The notes beneath the pieces are model-generated. The model worked only from the letters and a program-made list of their open reading frames with translations, did no database searches and was not told the DNA's origin. The position numbers and the translations under genes were made by a program. Shown piece by piece: positions 40,395 through 50,788 of a stretch of DNA of 64,000 bases; position 1 is the first letter of the stretch; each line of letters starts with the position of its first letter. This DNA comes from an uncultured Nitrososphaerota archaeon (GTDB lineage: Archaea > Thermoproteota > Nitrososphaeria > Nitrososphaerales > Gagatemarchaeaceae). The DNA is taken from contig OY969807.1 in the NCBI GenBank assembly GCA_963703285.1, positions 384,001 to 448,000 of the forward strand. The letters are read 5' to 3'.

Positions 40395-41053
40395 ATGCCG
40401 TATGTTGCGGAGATGAGGGCGTGGTCCCTGTCGAAGGGGCTGAGCTCTATGGTCCTGCCCACCGAGAAACCGGCTTGGGCAAGCTTCGCCGCCTCATCGC
40501 GGAAGACGTCCCTCGGCTCCCTAAGCACGTCGATGGACCTCGACTTCACGACGAGGAGCAGGGTCCCCCCGCTCTTGAGGTTCCTCCTGCAGTTTTCGAT
40601 CGCTATCCCGGTCTGGTCCTGCTGGGCGATGTCGCAGTAGACGACGTCGACCCTGCCGAACGACGAGAACCTCCCCGCGTCCCTGGCGTCGGCGATGTAG
40701 GGGACGACGTTCTTCCTCACCTTCGCAACCTTCTCGATGAATTCCCGCCCCACCCGGGGCGCGAACTCGACCCCGATGACCAGCCCCTTTGGCCCGACGA
40801 TGTCGGAGACGTGGGAGGGCGTCGTCCCGGTCGACGTTCCGAGGTAGAGCACTCTGTCGCCGACTCTGATGGTGTCGGGGGGGAGCCCCTTGAGGATGGC
40901 GCCGGCGAGCTTGGACCTGAAGGGGTCCCAGGTCCGGAACTCAGTCCCCTCTATCCTGACGAGGTCTTCTCCGTACGTCCTCGTACCCGGAACGAGGTTC
41001 CTTGTGAGGACCTCTTCCCTTCCGCCCCTTGCCGTAACGAGGACGTTTGTCAT
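40391..41053 (-). CDS. flpA: Fibrillarin
   Basis: YGE, W.PFRSKL, LYLG..TGTT.SHVSD, DIAQ.DQ, LSPF.RDH. Confidence 0.96.
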   Translation of the reverse strand: MTNVLVTARGGREEVLTRNLVPGTRTYGEDLVRIEGTEFRTWDPFRSKLAGAILKGLPPDTIRVGDRVLYLGTSTGTTPSHVSDIVGPKGLVIGVEFAPRVGREFIEKVAKVRKNVVPYIADARDAGRFSSFGRVDVVYCDIAQQDQTGIAIENCRRNLKSGGTLLLVVKSRSIDVLREPRDVFRDEAAKLAQAGFSVGRTIELSPFDRDHALISATYGI

Positions 41054-42200
41054 CTCCCTGCGATCTTTTCGGCGCGACGGTCTCCCTTGGCTCCTTATAC
41101 TTTATCCTGATCTCCTCCAGCCTCCTCTCCAGAGTCCCCGTGAGCGCGTCCTCCTTCGAGCCCCTGTAGAAGTCGATCCTCGCTGCGATGGCTATCTTGT
41201 TGGCGAGCGCGCGTGCGATCTTGCCCCGCTGCCACTTCGGCGCGCTGTGCACCGCGTCGTGCTGGAAGAGTATCCCGTGCTTCGGGGGGCGGGCGCCCGT
41301 CCTGAGCGCCCTGAAGAGCGCCTTCTCTGCTCCAAGGACCTGGATGGTGCTCGCGGGCAGCCTGGCCAGCCTTTCGAGGCCGCCAGCCCTCGCCATGAGC
41401 CTCGCCCCGATCGTCGCCCCCGCCACCGCCGTCGTGTTGGGCGCGATCCTGCCCATGGTCGACTCGACGTACTCGGCCATCTTCTCCCTCTCCGATGCTA
41501 TCCCAAGCACGACCTGCGCAAGGCCGATCATCCTGTTGAGGTCTCGTTCCGTGACCGCGCCCCCCTTCGACGCTTCCGAGGCGAGGAGGATCGCCTCCAC
41601 CTTCTTGTCGCTGAACCCCTTCCCGTCCAGCTTCTCCTCGCTGAACCCGCCCCTGGCTCCGTTCTCGACAATCAGCCTGCTGAGCGCCACGTTGTCGCCA
41701 ATTATCTGCTGGAGTTCAGGGAAGTGAAGCCCGTACCACTCGGCCACCCTCTCCGAGGTGACGTTGAGGAACCTGTCGAGCTCATCGAGCGCCTGGATGG
41801 CGTGTACGAGCTGGAGGTCCTCCCTCGACGACTCCACGCTGATCCGCTTCTCGGCGGCCTCGAGCGCCCGCAGCCTCACCATCTCGGTCGCCTCGTCTTC
41901 GTCCTTGGCGAGCCCCGCCCTGACCATGATGGCGATCCTCTGGGCGTTGAGCTCGTCGAGCTCCGCCTCCGTGAGGAGGCTCACCCTGAGGCCGAGCTTC
42001 TGGAGCTCCGGGGGCGACGCTTGGTCCGCCACCTTCACCGACTCGAACCCCTCCGACCTCGCTTTCCCGCCGATCCTGGCGATGTCCTGGGCTGGGTCGG
42101 TGGACCTCTTCACCGCGAAGACGACCCTCTCCCCTTGCAGCAGGACGAAACCCGCTTCGGTCTCGATGAGGACTGGCTCGTCTGCCAAAATCTTTCCCAC
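40941..42200 (-). CDS. nop5: C/D snoRNP protein Nop5 (Nop56/58)
   Basis: EWYGLHFPEL, APN, LPASTIQVLGAEKALF, PPKHG, RGKIAR. Confidence 0.95.
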   Translation of the reverse strand: MGKILADEPVLIETEAGFVLLQGERVVFAVKRSTDPAQDIARIGGKARSEGFESVKVADQASPPELQKLGLRVSLLTEAELDELNAQRIAIMVRAGLAKDEDEATEMVRLRALEAAEKRISVESSREDLQLVHAIQALDELDRFLNVTSERVAEWYGLHFPELQQIIGDNVALSRLIVENGARGGFSEEKLDGKGFSDKKVEAILLASEASKGGAVTERDLNRMIGLAQVVLGIASEREKMAEYVESTMGRIAPNTTAVAGATIGARLMARAGGLERLARLPASTIQVLGAEKALFRALRTGARPPKHGILFQHDAVHSAPKWQRGKIARALANKIAIAARIDFYRGSKEDALTGTLERRLEEIRIKYKEPRETVAPKRSQGDDKRPRYGKGRKGRGPHKEPRSGYEDVRRRPRQDRGD

Positions 42201-42257
42201 CCCGGCGTCTCGTCATCGGCTTAAAGGTTATCTTCGTTGCCTTTGGCCGTCGGGCCG

Positions 42258-43172
42258 ATGGTCGAGAAACCTCTCCGAGTCTCCTTCGCCGGGCTGAAGC
42301 TGGAGAACCCCCTGATGCTCGCGTCGGGGATAGCCGGGGTCACCGTGAAGACCCTCACGAGGGCCGTGGAGTCGGGCGCGGGGGCGGCGGTCTCCAAGTC
42401 GATCGGGCTCGAGCCGAGGGAGGGATACAGGAACCCGACGGTGGTAGCCACGGACAGCGGCCTCCTCAACGCGGTCGGTCTCTCCAACCCGGGCGCGCGC
42501 GTCTTCTCCGAGGAACTCTCAGAGGTCAAGGGGCGGCACCTTCCGATAATCGTCTCGATATTCGGCGGAGGACCGGTCGAGTTCGGCCGGGTCACGGAGA
42601 TACTCGACGGCAACGAGTTCTTGGCTTACGAGCTCAACCTCTCCTGCCCTCACGTCGAGGGCGTCGGCACGGAGATAGGCCACGACCCCGAGATAGTCGC
42701 CTCCGTCGTGAAGGCGGTACGGGCCAGGACGAAGAGGCCGGTCTTCGCAAAGCTCTCCGCCAACACGCACCGGATGGTGGAGGTCGCGAGGGCCGCCGTG
42801 GACTCGGGAGCAGACGGCCTGACTGCCATAAACACGATGCGGGCGATGGCCATCGAAGTGGAGACAAGGAGGCCGGTCCTAACCAACAAGTTCGGGGGCC
42901 TCTCTGGCGGCGCCATAAGGCCCATCGCCGTGGCACGCATCTTCGAGCTCCACGAGGCGCTGAAGGTCCCCATAATCGGCTGCGGAGGCGTCTCGAGCTG
43001 GGAGCACGCCGTCGAGATGATCCTCGCGGGCGCGAGTTCGGTCGAGATGGGCACCGCGCTCTACGAGGGCTATGGCGTCTTCGAGAAGGTGAACAGGGGC
43101 ATAGAACGGTACATGAAGAGGAAGAGGTACAGGAAGATCGAGGAGATGGTGGGGCTTGGACATAGGTTCTGA
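42258..43172 (+). CDS. pyrD: Dihydroorotate dehydrogenase 1B catalytic subunit
   Basis: NP.MLASG, NAVGLSNPG, ELNLSCPH, INT, GGLSG..I.P. Confidence 0.95.
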   Translation: MVEKPLRVSFAGLKLENPLMLASGIAGVTVKTLTRAVESGAGAAVSKSIGLEPREGYRNPTVVATDSGLLNAVGLSNPGARVFSEELSEVKGRHLPIIVSIFGGGPVEFGRVTEILDGNEFLAYELNLSCPHVEGVGTEIGHDPEIVASVVKAVRARTKRPVFAKLSANTHRMVEVARAAVDSGADGLTAINTMRAMAIEVETRRPVLTNKFGGLSGGAIRPIAVARIFELHEALKVPIIGCGGVSSWEHAVEMILAGASSVEMGTALYEGYGVFEKVNRGIERYMKRKRYRKIEEMVGLGHRF

Positions 43173-43968
43173 GAGGATCCGCATCCGGCGGGTCCTGAGG
43201 AACGTCAGGGAGAACCGCAGCATCAACACGGTCTACTTCAGGGACGAGGCTTGCTCGGGGGCGAAGCCGGGACAGTTCGTGATGGTCTGGGAGCCGGGGT
43301 ACGACGAGTTCCCGATGAGCCTCTCGAACTACGACGAGCGCGGGCTCTGCTCCGTGACTGCAAAGCCCTGGGGGCCCGGCAGCAACGAACTCGTGAGGTC
43401 GAAGAGGGGCGACCTCATCGGGATCAGGGGTCCCTACGGCAGGCCGTTCACCGTCGACGCATGCAGCGCGCTCCTCGTGGGAGGGGGGACGGGGCTCGCG
43501 CCCCTGCTGCCTCTCGCAAGGGCGCTCCGGAAGGCCGGGGCGAGGGTGGCCGTCGTGGTCGGAGGAAGGTCGAAGCCGGACCTCCTCTTCGAGAAGCAGC
43601 TGCAGCGGCTGCTGAAGAAGAAGAACGTCTTTCCTACGACAGACGACGGGTCCTACGGGCACGCGGGGTTCGCGACCGACATGGCCGAGGGGCTTATCAC
43701 CGAGAGGAAGGTCTCAAGGATCTACTGCTGCGGCCCGGAGATAATGATGAGGAAGCTCTACGACATCTCCGCGCGGGCCGGCCTGGAGTTCGAGGCCAGC
43801 CTGGAGAGGAGCATGAAGTGCGGGATAGGGATTTGCGGGAGCTGCGCCGTGGGCGAGAAGCTGCTCTGCAGGGACGGGGCGGTCCTTGACCTCGAGGACC
43901 TGAAGCCCTCCCTCGACGAGTTCGGCCTGCTCCAGCGGGACCCGTCGGGTCGATACATCAAGGTCTGA
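43156..43968 (+). CDS. pyrK: Dihydroorotate dehydrogenase electron transfer subunit
   Basis: PGQFVM, RGPYG, GGGTG.AP, CGPE.M, MKCGIGICGSC. Confidence 0.94.
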   Translation: MDIGSERIRIRRVLRNVRENRSINTVYFRDEACSGAKPGQFVMVWEPGYDEFPMSLSNYDERGLCSVTAKPWGPGSNELVRSKRGDLIGIRGPYGRPFTVDACSALLVGGGTGLAPLLPLARALRKAGARVAVVVGGRSKPDLLFEKQLQRLLKKKNVFPTTDDGSYGHAGFATDMAEGLITERKVSRIYCCGPEIMMRKLYDISARAGLEFEASLERSMKCGIGICGSCAVGEKLLCRDGAVLDLEDLKPSLDEFGLLQRDPSGRYIKV

Positions 43969-44016
43969 CCCGCCCCGGAAAGGCTTTTACAATCTTCGCG
44001 ATACACCGCGACCACA

Positions 44017-44682
44017 TTGAGCTTCCCGTTCAAGAGGATCGTCGACCTGGCAGTCCCGATGACCAGCATGAACACGCCGGTCTACCCCGGCTACCCCCAG
44101 CCTCTCCGGACGACCTTCTCCACCCTCAGGGACGACGGATACCAGTCTTATGTCTGGACGTTCGGGGAACACGTCTCCACCCACGTGGACGCCCCGGTCC
44201 ACATGGTCGCCGGCGGCAAACCCGTCGAGAAGATGCCCCTCTCCCACTACGTCGGGCGCGGGGTTGTCCTGGACTTCTCCAAGAAGCCGAGTCGGTTCCA
44301 GATCAGGAAGGCTGACGTCGAGAAGGCGTTGGTAAGGAGCGGCCACGCAGGTGAGGTGGGGAAGGGATGGATAGTCCTCTTCCACCTGAACTACACGTCC
44401 AAGAACAAGACCCCGGAGTGGATGGAGCATCCGGACATAACGAGGGAGGCGGCCGAGTACCTCATAGGCCTCGGGGTGGAGGCCGTGGGCGTCGACGCCC
44501 CTGGGCCGGACCACCCTCCGTTCGAGGCGCACAAGTCATTCCTCCCGAAGGAGGTGGTGATTTTCGAGAACCTGAACAACCTCGACAAGCTCGTGGGGAA
44601 GGACTTTCTCTTCGTCGGGACACCGATTGCCCTTGCGGGCGGGACCGCCGGAATCTCCCGGCCGGTCGCCTTACTCTCCTAG
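44017..44682 (+). CDS. Cyclase-family metal hydrolase (kynurenine formamidase-like)
   Basis: HVSTHVDAPVH, GVD, H..FL, ENL.NL. Confidence 0.9.
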   Translation: MSFPFKRIVDLAVPMTSMNTPVYPGYPQPLRTTFSTLRDDGYQSYVWTFGEHVSTHVDAPVHMVAGGKPVEKMPLSHYVGRGVVLDFSKKPSRFQIRKADVEKALVRSGHAGEVGKGWIVLFHLNYTSKNKTPEWMEHPDITREAAEYLIGLGVEAVGVDAPGPDHPPFEAHKSFLPKEVVIFENLNNLDKLVGKDFLFVGTPIALAGGTAGISRPVALLS

Positions 44683-44698
44683 ACCCGAGCGACCGCGG

Positions 44699-46331
44699 TT
44701 ACTCCGGCGGGATAGCCCTGAGCGCCAGGTCCAAGCTCATACCCTTGCTCTTGTGGTACTGGTCACTGACGAAGTAGATCAGGAAGCCGGCGACGATGAG
44801 CGAGACTACGAGGACCTCGCTGAACTCGTTGGCGACGCCTATTGCCGGGTTCGACAGTGCGAGGTACCCGACGTAGCCGAACCCAATCGCGGTCAGCGCG
44901 CCTATCAACGAGATGATCGGGAGGCCCCCGACCTTAGCAGCCATCCAACCACTGGCCGTCGAGAAGATGTCTCTCCTCATGTACGGGAATGCCATCAACG
45001 CGAGCCCCGGGACTGTGTACGATATCCCCCAGATGACGGTGCCCATGGTGAAGTACGTCGCATAGCCGAGCACCTCGAAGAGGTACGAGAGAACTACTCC
45101 GATCACCGCCGCGACCAAGACGGCAAGATACGGTGTGTGGAACCTCTCGCTCACGTTTGCGAACGTCGACGGGATCACCCTGTCGAACGACCAGGCGAAG
45201 AGATACTTCGTGACGATCCAGAAGTATGCGAATACGGGGCCAAGGGAACCGATGATGTACACGATGAACATGGCCGTGATGAGCGCGTTGTTAGGGTAGG
45301 CAGACACCGCAAGAAATAGGGGCTGAGTGGGCTGGAAGGGGAGCGGGAAGCTCGCCGTACTCGGGACCGATCCTCCATGAATCCAGCCATAGCCGACCTG
45401 AGTGATCCAGTTGAACCCTAGCGTGTTCACCGTAAGTTGGGACGTGACCGACCAGTAGATTATGCCGAACACGAGGGACAGGAAGAGGGCTATCGGGAGC
45501 GCCCTGCGGATGTTCTTGATTTCACCGGCGAACGCGTTGGAGTAGTTGCCGCCGAAGAGGAAGAGGAATGCAAAGGGCAGCGCGAGGAGAATCCCGGAGA
45601 ATCCCAGTTTGAAGCCGGGGAACGTCGCCGTCGACACGGCGGTGCTCTGCAGCGCCGAGTAGGAATACGAGGGACTGAGGGTGGTCATCGAGCGCGTCCC
45701 AGTTGTGTATGAACGTCGCGTTGCTCGTGGTCCCGAGTATGTACCACATCATGATCATACCTGCGATGGCGAAAATCCATGTCACGTAGAGGAATCCCTT
45801 GATGAACTTGGAGCCCAGGATTGCGAATACCGCCACCATGATGGTGAACAGCACCGACAGCTCGAAGGTCCCCGTGGCCCCTCCGAGGAAGGTTCCAAGG
45901 TTGGTCAACGAGGCAGAATTTGAGATGAGCCCGTAGGTCGAGAAGACGGACGAAAACGCGAACGAGAGAGGCCCCACGCCCGCCCCGATGTAGGCGGTCA
46001 GGAATACGACCATGACGTAGACCAACGACCACGTGAACCCGATCGACGGGTGGAAGACACGCCCGATCCACACGTAGTCGTTGCCGGTCCTGGGCATCAG
46101 TATGCCGATTATCGAGTATGTCAACATCAGCACGACGAACGGGATCGCGGCGACCAGCAGCGATTCGGTCAGGTTCGCGCCTAGCGTGTTCCCGTAGAAC
46201 CACGGGAACTGCGTTATGGTGAAGACCAGAGCGAAGACGAAGACGGAGGCCAGAAGGAGGGTATCTATTGCACCGAACTCCCTTACGAGTCCGGTTGCAT
46301 CTCGCGCAAACACCTTTGTGGGATTCTGCAA
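44699..46331 (-). pseudogene. APC-family amino acid/amine permease, frameshifted near 45689 (or assembly error)
   Basis: FARDATGLVRE, MPRTG.DYVW N-half plus GEIK...FAWSFDRV.P...AIPPE C-half; intact paralog at 59826. Confidence 0.8.
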
Positions 46332-46578
46332 ATTACCGTTATCTGGTCGACCCCGGGCTATATAACTTGTTTGCCGTATTTAAAGCGGGAAGAGTTAGGA
46401 GACTTCTGCCTAACCTTTCGGTCAGGGGTCCAGAGTCAGCAAGACTGGGCTGATGTAAGCTAGACGATCGAACCGCTCGTCAGCGCGCACCACGCTGGGC
46501 CCGATGCTCAAGGAGTCCACTCGGGCAGAAGGCAAAGGTTCACATTGTGCTCGCAAGGGATACTCGGGCACTCGCAGC

Positions 46579-48194
46579 ATGTCCTACAGACACGCTCTTT
46601 CTCGATTGGGCAAGAGTGGAGCCGTCGCCTCCGCCGACCCGCTTGCGACCGCCGCCGGGCTGAGGGTTCTGAAGAGGGGAGGGAACGCGGTCGATGCGGC
46701 CGTCGCGACCAGCCTGGCCCTCGGGGTGGTCGCCCCCGCTCTGTCCGGAATCGGCGGCGGAGGGTTCTTCCTGGTCCGCCCCAGCGGCGGCGAGACGCTC
46801 TACATCGACTACCGGGAGGTCGCTCCCAGGGCCTCGAGGCCCGACATGTTCCCCCTCGACGGGGACGGTTCCCCGCTCGGAGCCGCCAACAGCGTGGGTC
46901 ACCTCGCGGTAGGAGTCCCGGGGACGGTCGCCGGGCTGACCTTCGCCCTGGAGAGGTACGGACGCATGAAGTTCAGGGACGTCGCCTCGCCCGCGATCGA
47001 GTACGCGAGGAGGGGGTTCCCAGTCAGCCGCTTCCTCGCCCACATCATGTCGAAGGACGTGAACGGCGCGAGCGCGAAGCTGAGGAGGTTCCCGGAGAGC
47101 CGAAGGGCCTGGCTCAGGGGCGGCAGGACCTACCGCTCCGGCGCCGTCAAGCGGTCGGCGGACCTCGCCGAAACACTCGAGCTCGTGGCGACCGAGGGTC
47201 GGGACGCCTTCTACCGCGGCGTCCTTGCGCGGGCGATAGCCAAGGAGATGACCCAGAACGGAGGCAGGCTGGACGAAGCAGACCTGGGGGTCTACGACGT
47301 GAAGGTGAGGAAGCCCGTGACCGGCACCTACAGGGGCCTCGAGGTCCACTCGATGCCTCCCCCGTCCCTCGGCGGAGTCACCATCGTACAGCTCCTGAAC
47401 ATCTTCGAGCGGATGGACCTTCGGGAGAGCGGGCTCAACACTGCGGCGACCATAGCCAGCATGGCGAGGGCGATTTCGTCCGTCTGGCCGCCGCTGAGGT
47501 CGCAGATCGGAGACCCGGACTTCGTGGCCTCCGACCTCTTGAGGTTGAGCTCGAAGGACTACGCGGCCAGGCTGATGTCGGGCCGGGCAGAGCGACGCGC
47601 GCCCCCGCAGCGGGGCCGGGGAGCCAGACCACGCACCTGAGCGTGATGGACGGCGAGAGGAACGTCGCGGCCATTACCGAGTCGATCGAGTGCTACTTCG
47701 GGTCGGGTGTCACCGTCCCGGGCACAGGGGTCATCTTGAACGACACGATGCACGACTTCGATCCCAGTCCCGGCCTCCCGAACTCGATCGCGCCAGGCAA
47801 GAGGCCGCTCAGCAACATGTCACCGACCCTGCTCCTGAGAGACGGAGAGCCCTTCCTGGTGGCGGGCTCCGCAGGCAGTTCCAGGATAGTCACCTCGACA
47901 CTCCAGACGATACTCAACGTCGTCGACCACTCGCTGGACGTCGGTCCCGCGGTGGACGCGCCCCGGTTCCACTATGAGGGGTCGGGTCCGATACTGATGG
48001 AGAGCAGGATAGGGGAGGTCGTGAGGGAAGGGCTCCGCGAGGCAGGGTACGAGTGCGAGACGCCGGACTACGTCCAGCTGAGGCGCGGGTACGACGTCTA
48101 CTTCGGCGGTGTCCACGCGGTCATGGTCGGGCGCAGGGGAGAGCTCAGGGGCGCGGCGGATCCCCGAAGGTGGGGGTCTGCGGCGGCTTACTGA
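46579..48194 (+). pseudogene. ggt: Gamma-glutamyltransferase, frameshifted near 47580-47620 (or assembly error)
   Basis: GGNAVDAAVA, SGIGGGGF, DYRE.AP in one frame; TTHLSV, PGKRPLS.MSP, APRFH, ADPRR in another. Confidence 0.85.
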
Positions 48195-48230
48195 GAACCG
48201 TTAATTATTCTGACAGGGAGGAAGCGGAGC

Positions 48231-49571
48231 GTGAAGCGGAGCAGGGCGAAGGAGCTCTTCAGGAGGCTGAACGGGACCGTCGCGGCTTCCAGCAGGCTGG
48301 CCTACTACCCTCTGGTCGTGAAGGAAGCGCACGGCTCGACGGTGACCGACGTCGACGGGAGGCGCTACATCGATTTCAACGCGGGGTGGACGGTCGCCGG
48401 GGTCGGATTTTCCAACCGGGAGGTGATCGAGGCGGTCGAGGAGGAGCTCTCAAGGTCGGCGGGGCTGGCGGGAGGGACCTTCCCGAGCGAGGTCACCATA
48501 GAGTTCGCCGAGAAGCTCGTCTCCCTCGCACCGGGGCGCTTCGACAAGCGTGTCTGGTTTGGCCACTCCGGGGGTGACGCCTGCGCCGCGGCCTACAAGC
48601 TCTTTCCCATCTCCACCCAGCGGGAGAGGTCGGTCACCTTCTATGGCGGGATGCACGGAGTGGACCTTGCGGGCCTCGCTATGGGGGGCATCCTCCCGAC
48701 CTCGCGCTACCGCGTCCCGAGCCTCGTCTCAAAGGTCCCGTACGCTTACTGCTACAGGTGTCCCTACGGCCTCGAATACCCTGGCTGCGGTGTCTACTGC
48801 TCCAGCGGCTTCATCGAGGAGCAGCTCTTCAAGAACGTCTGCCCGCCCGAGGACACGGCCTTCATGCTCGTCGAGCCGATGCAGAGCGATTCTGGAGACG
48901 TGATACCGCCCAAGGAGTTCCTCCCGAACCTTCGAAAGACCGCCGACCGGTTCGGGATAGCCCTCGTGGCGGACGAGGTTAAGGTGGGTTTCGGGCGGAC
49001 GGGCGAGATGTTCGGGGTGGACCACACGGGCGTCGTCCCTGACGCGATGGCCCTGGGCAAGTCTGTGGCCTCGGGGTTGCCTGTGGGAGCACTCGTGGCG
49101 AGAGAGGCTCTCTTCCCCCGGGCCTACGCCTACTCGACTCTGGTGGGTAACGCCGTGGGCGCCGCCGCCGGGCTGGCGACCATAAGGATAATCGAGAGGG
49201 ACAGGCTTCCCGAGAGGGCGGCGAAGCTCGGCCGCAGGCTCAAGAAGAGGCTGGAGGAAGCCATGGGGAGCCACCCCCTCATCGGAGATGTGAGGGGGCA
49301 GGGGTTGCTCGTGGGGGTGGAGCTCGTGAAGGACAGGAGGACGAAGGAACCAGCACGGGCCGAGACGGCGAAGGCCGTCTACCGCGCCTGGGAGCTCGGG
49401 CTTCTCTCGGTTTTCGTCGGAGCGGACGGCAACGTCATAGAGCTCACGCCCCCTCTCGTCGTGGGAGAGGACGAACTCGAGAAAGGCACTGAGATCCTCC
49501 TTAGGGCGATCGGCGACGTAGAGAAGGGGAGGGTCCCGGACTCTGTGACCCGGGGATACACCGGGATGTAG
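48231..49571 (+). CDS. Class III (omega) aminotransferase
   Basis: DVDG..YIDF, VEP, ADEV..GFGRTG, LGK PLP lysine, VRG.GL. Confidence 0.92.
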   Translation: MKRSRAKELFRRLNGTVAASSRLAYYPLVVKEAHGSTVTDVDGRRYIDFNAGWTVAGVGFSNREVIEAVEEELSRSAGLAGGTFPSEVTIEFAEKLVSLAPGRFDKRVWFGHSGGDACAAAYKLFPISTQRERSVTFYGGMHGVDLAGLAMGGILPTSRYRVPSLVSKVPYAYCYRCPYGLEYPGCGVYCSSGFIEEQLFKNVCPPEDTAFMLVEPMQSDSGDVIPPKEFLPNLRKTADRFGIALVADEVKVGFGRTGEMFGVDHTGVVPDAMALGKSVASGLPVGALVAREALFPRAYAYSTLVGNAVGAAAGLATIRIIERDRLPERAAKLGRRLKKRLEEAMGSHPLIGDVRGQGLLVGVELVKDRRTKEPARAETAKAVYRAWELGLLSVFVGADGNVIELTPPLVVGEDELEKGTEILLRAIGDVEKGRVPDSVTRGYTGM

Positions 49572-49575
49572 CGCG

Positions 49576-50745
49576 CTACCAGGGCTTGTAGACCCGCCTT
49601 GCGTTCTCGGCGAGTATCATCTTTGCAGCCGCGTGCGCCTCCTCCTCGTCGTAGACCCCGGTCGCCACGAAGGCGGAGAGCGACTCCTCGAGAACCCTTC
49701 TCCCTATCTTCGCACCGGCCCAGTGGATCTCTGGTATGACCACACCGTCGGAGCCGTAGACTACCCTGGCGGGCGGCGCCATGTCGAGTATCTGCGTCGT
49801 CTTCTCGATCTCTCCGGGCACGCTGGCGAAGGGTATCATTTCAGAGAGGTCGACGTAGACGTTCTTGAGGGCGTTCGCGTAGAACGCCGCCTCCTGCGAG
49901 AACGGGTACCCACCGTGGATGAGGAAGATCTTCGTCTTGCGGCTTACGGGGTCCTTGAGGAACTCGTAGAGCTGCGTCGGATTGGTCTTGTCGAAGACGA
50001 CGTCGATGTCCCCCATGCCGGAGTGGATGTGGAATGTCGCACCCAGCTCGGGGCACATGGATGCGACGCGCCTGACGTACCAGTCCCTGATGTGCTTGAC
50101 GTCCCTCGCCCTCGTCGCCTTGGACCTCTCGTAGTCGGCCTTCACCTCTTCGTCCGTCGGTTCCTCGATGTGGAGGCCTGTTCTGTAGGCGATGACCGAC
50201 TTGAACGCGATGGCATGCTGCTTCGTGACGGCGTCCTTCAGGGACTGGTCGAACCTCGCCACGAAGTCGTCGAAGCTGCTGGACTCGTCCACCGCCGCCT
50301 GGAATCTCGGCTCGATGCGTGCCACCCTCCTCATGGGCACCGGCATGAGGTCCTCGAACTCCGTCAGGTCGATCCTCGCGAGGCCGCTCCCCACGGTGAC
50401 CTCGGAGTACCCGTCGTCCACGAAGAGGCCCTCAATCCCGGCGTCGTAGAATAGCTCGCCGCAGTACGCCCAGTAGTCCTTCGCAGCCCTCTTGTTCCTC
50501 GCCTCGATCACCTCGGAGAGGGTGGGCTTGCATCCCAGGAATCCCGCTAGGAGGTGCGTTATCTGCCTCCCCATCGGGGTGAACTCCGAGTGCAGGAGGT
50601 TCTCCGGGTCCGCCGCCTCCTGCGCCGAGAGCCCGCCCATGTTCATAAGGCTGAGATAGAGCTCCTTCGATATCGCACGCGTGGACTCCGACCACGGGTG
50701 GCTGTGGTGGTCTATGGCAGGGTATGCTGAGAAGTCCAGCTTCAA
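49576..50745 (-). CDS. Amidohydrolase (like the FluG N-terminal domain)
   Basis: IDHHSH, FKSVIAYRTGL, HIHSG.GD, H..YP, YGSDG...PE. Confidence 0.88.
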   Translation of the reverse strand: MKLDFSAYPAIDHHSHPWSESTRAISKELYLSLMNMGGLSAQEAADPENLLHSEFTPMGRQITHLLAGFLGCKPTLSEVIEARNKRAAKDYWAYCGELFYDAGIEGLFVDDGYSEVTVGSGLARIDLTEFEDLMPVPMRRVARIEPRFQAAVDESSSFDDFVARFDQSLKDAVTKQHAIAFKSVIAYRTGLHIEEPTDEEVKADYERSKATRARDVKHIRDWYVRRVASMCPELGATFHIHSGMGDIDVVFDKTNPTQLYEFLKDPVSRKTKIFLIHGGYPFSQEAAFYANALKNVYVDLSEMIPFASVPGEIEKTTQILDMAPPARVVYGSDGVVIPEIHWAGAKIGRRVLEESLSAFVATGVYDEEEAHAAAKMILAENARRVYKPW

Positions 50746-50788
50746 GGGCTCCAGCGGTGGGGCCGCGGTCTATTATGCCTTCGGGGGC

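Noticed and set aside
45660-47640. BHB introns as the explanation for the APC and GGT frameshifts
   Set aside because: No 4-bp helix with two 3-nt bulges could be formed at either site
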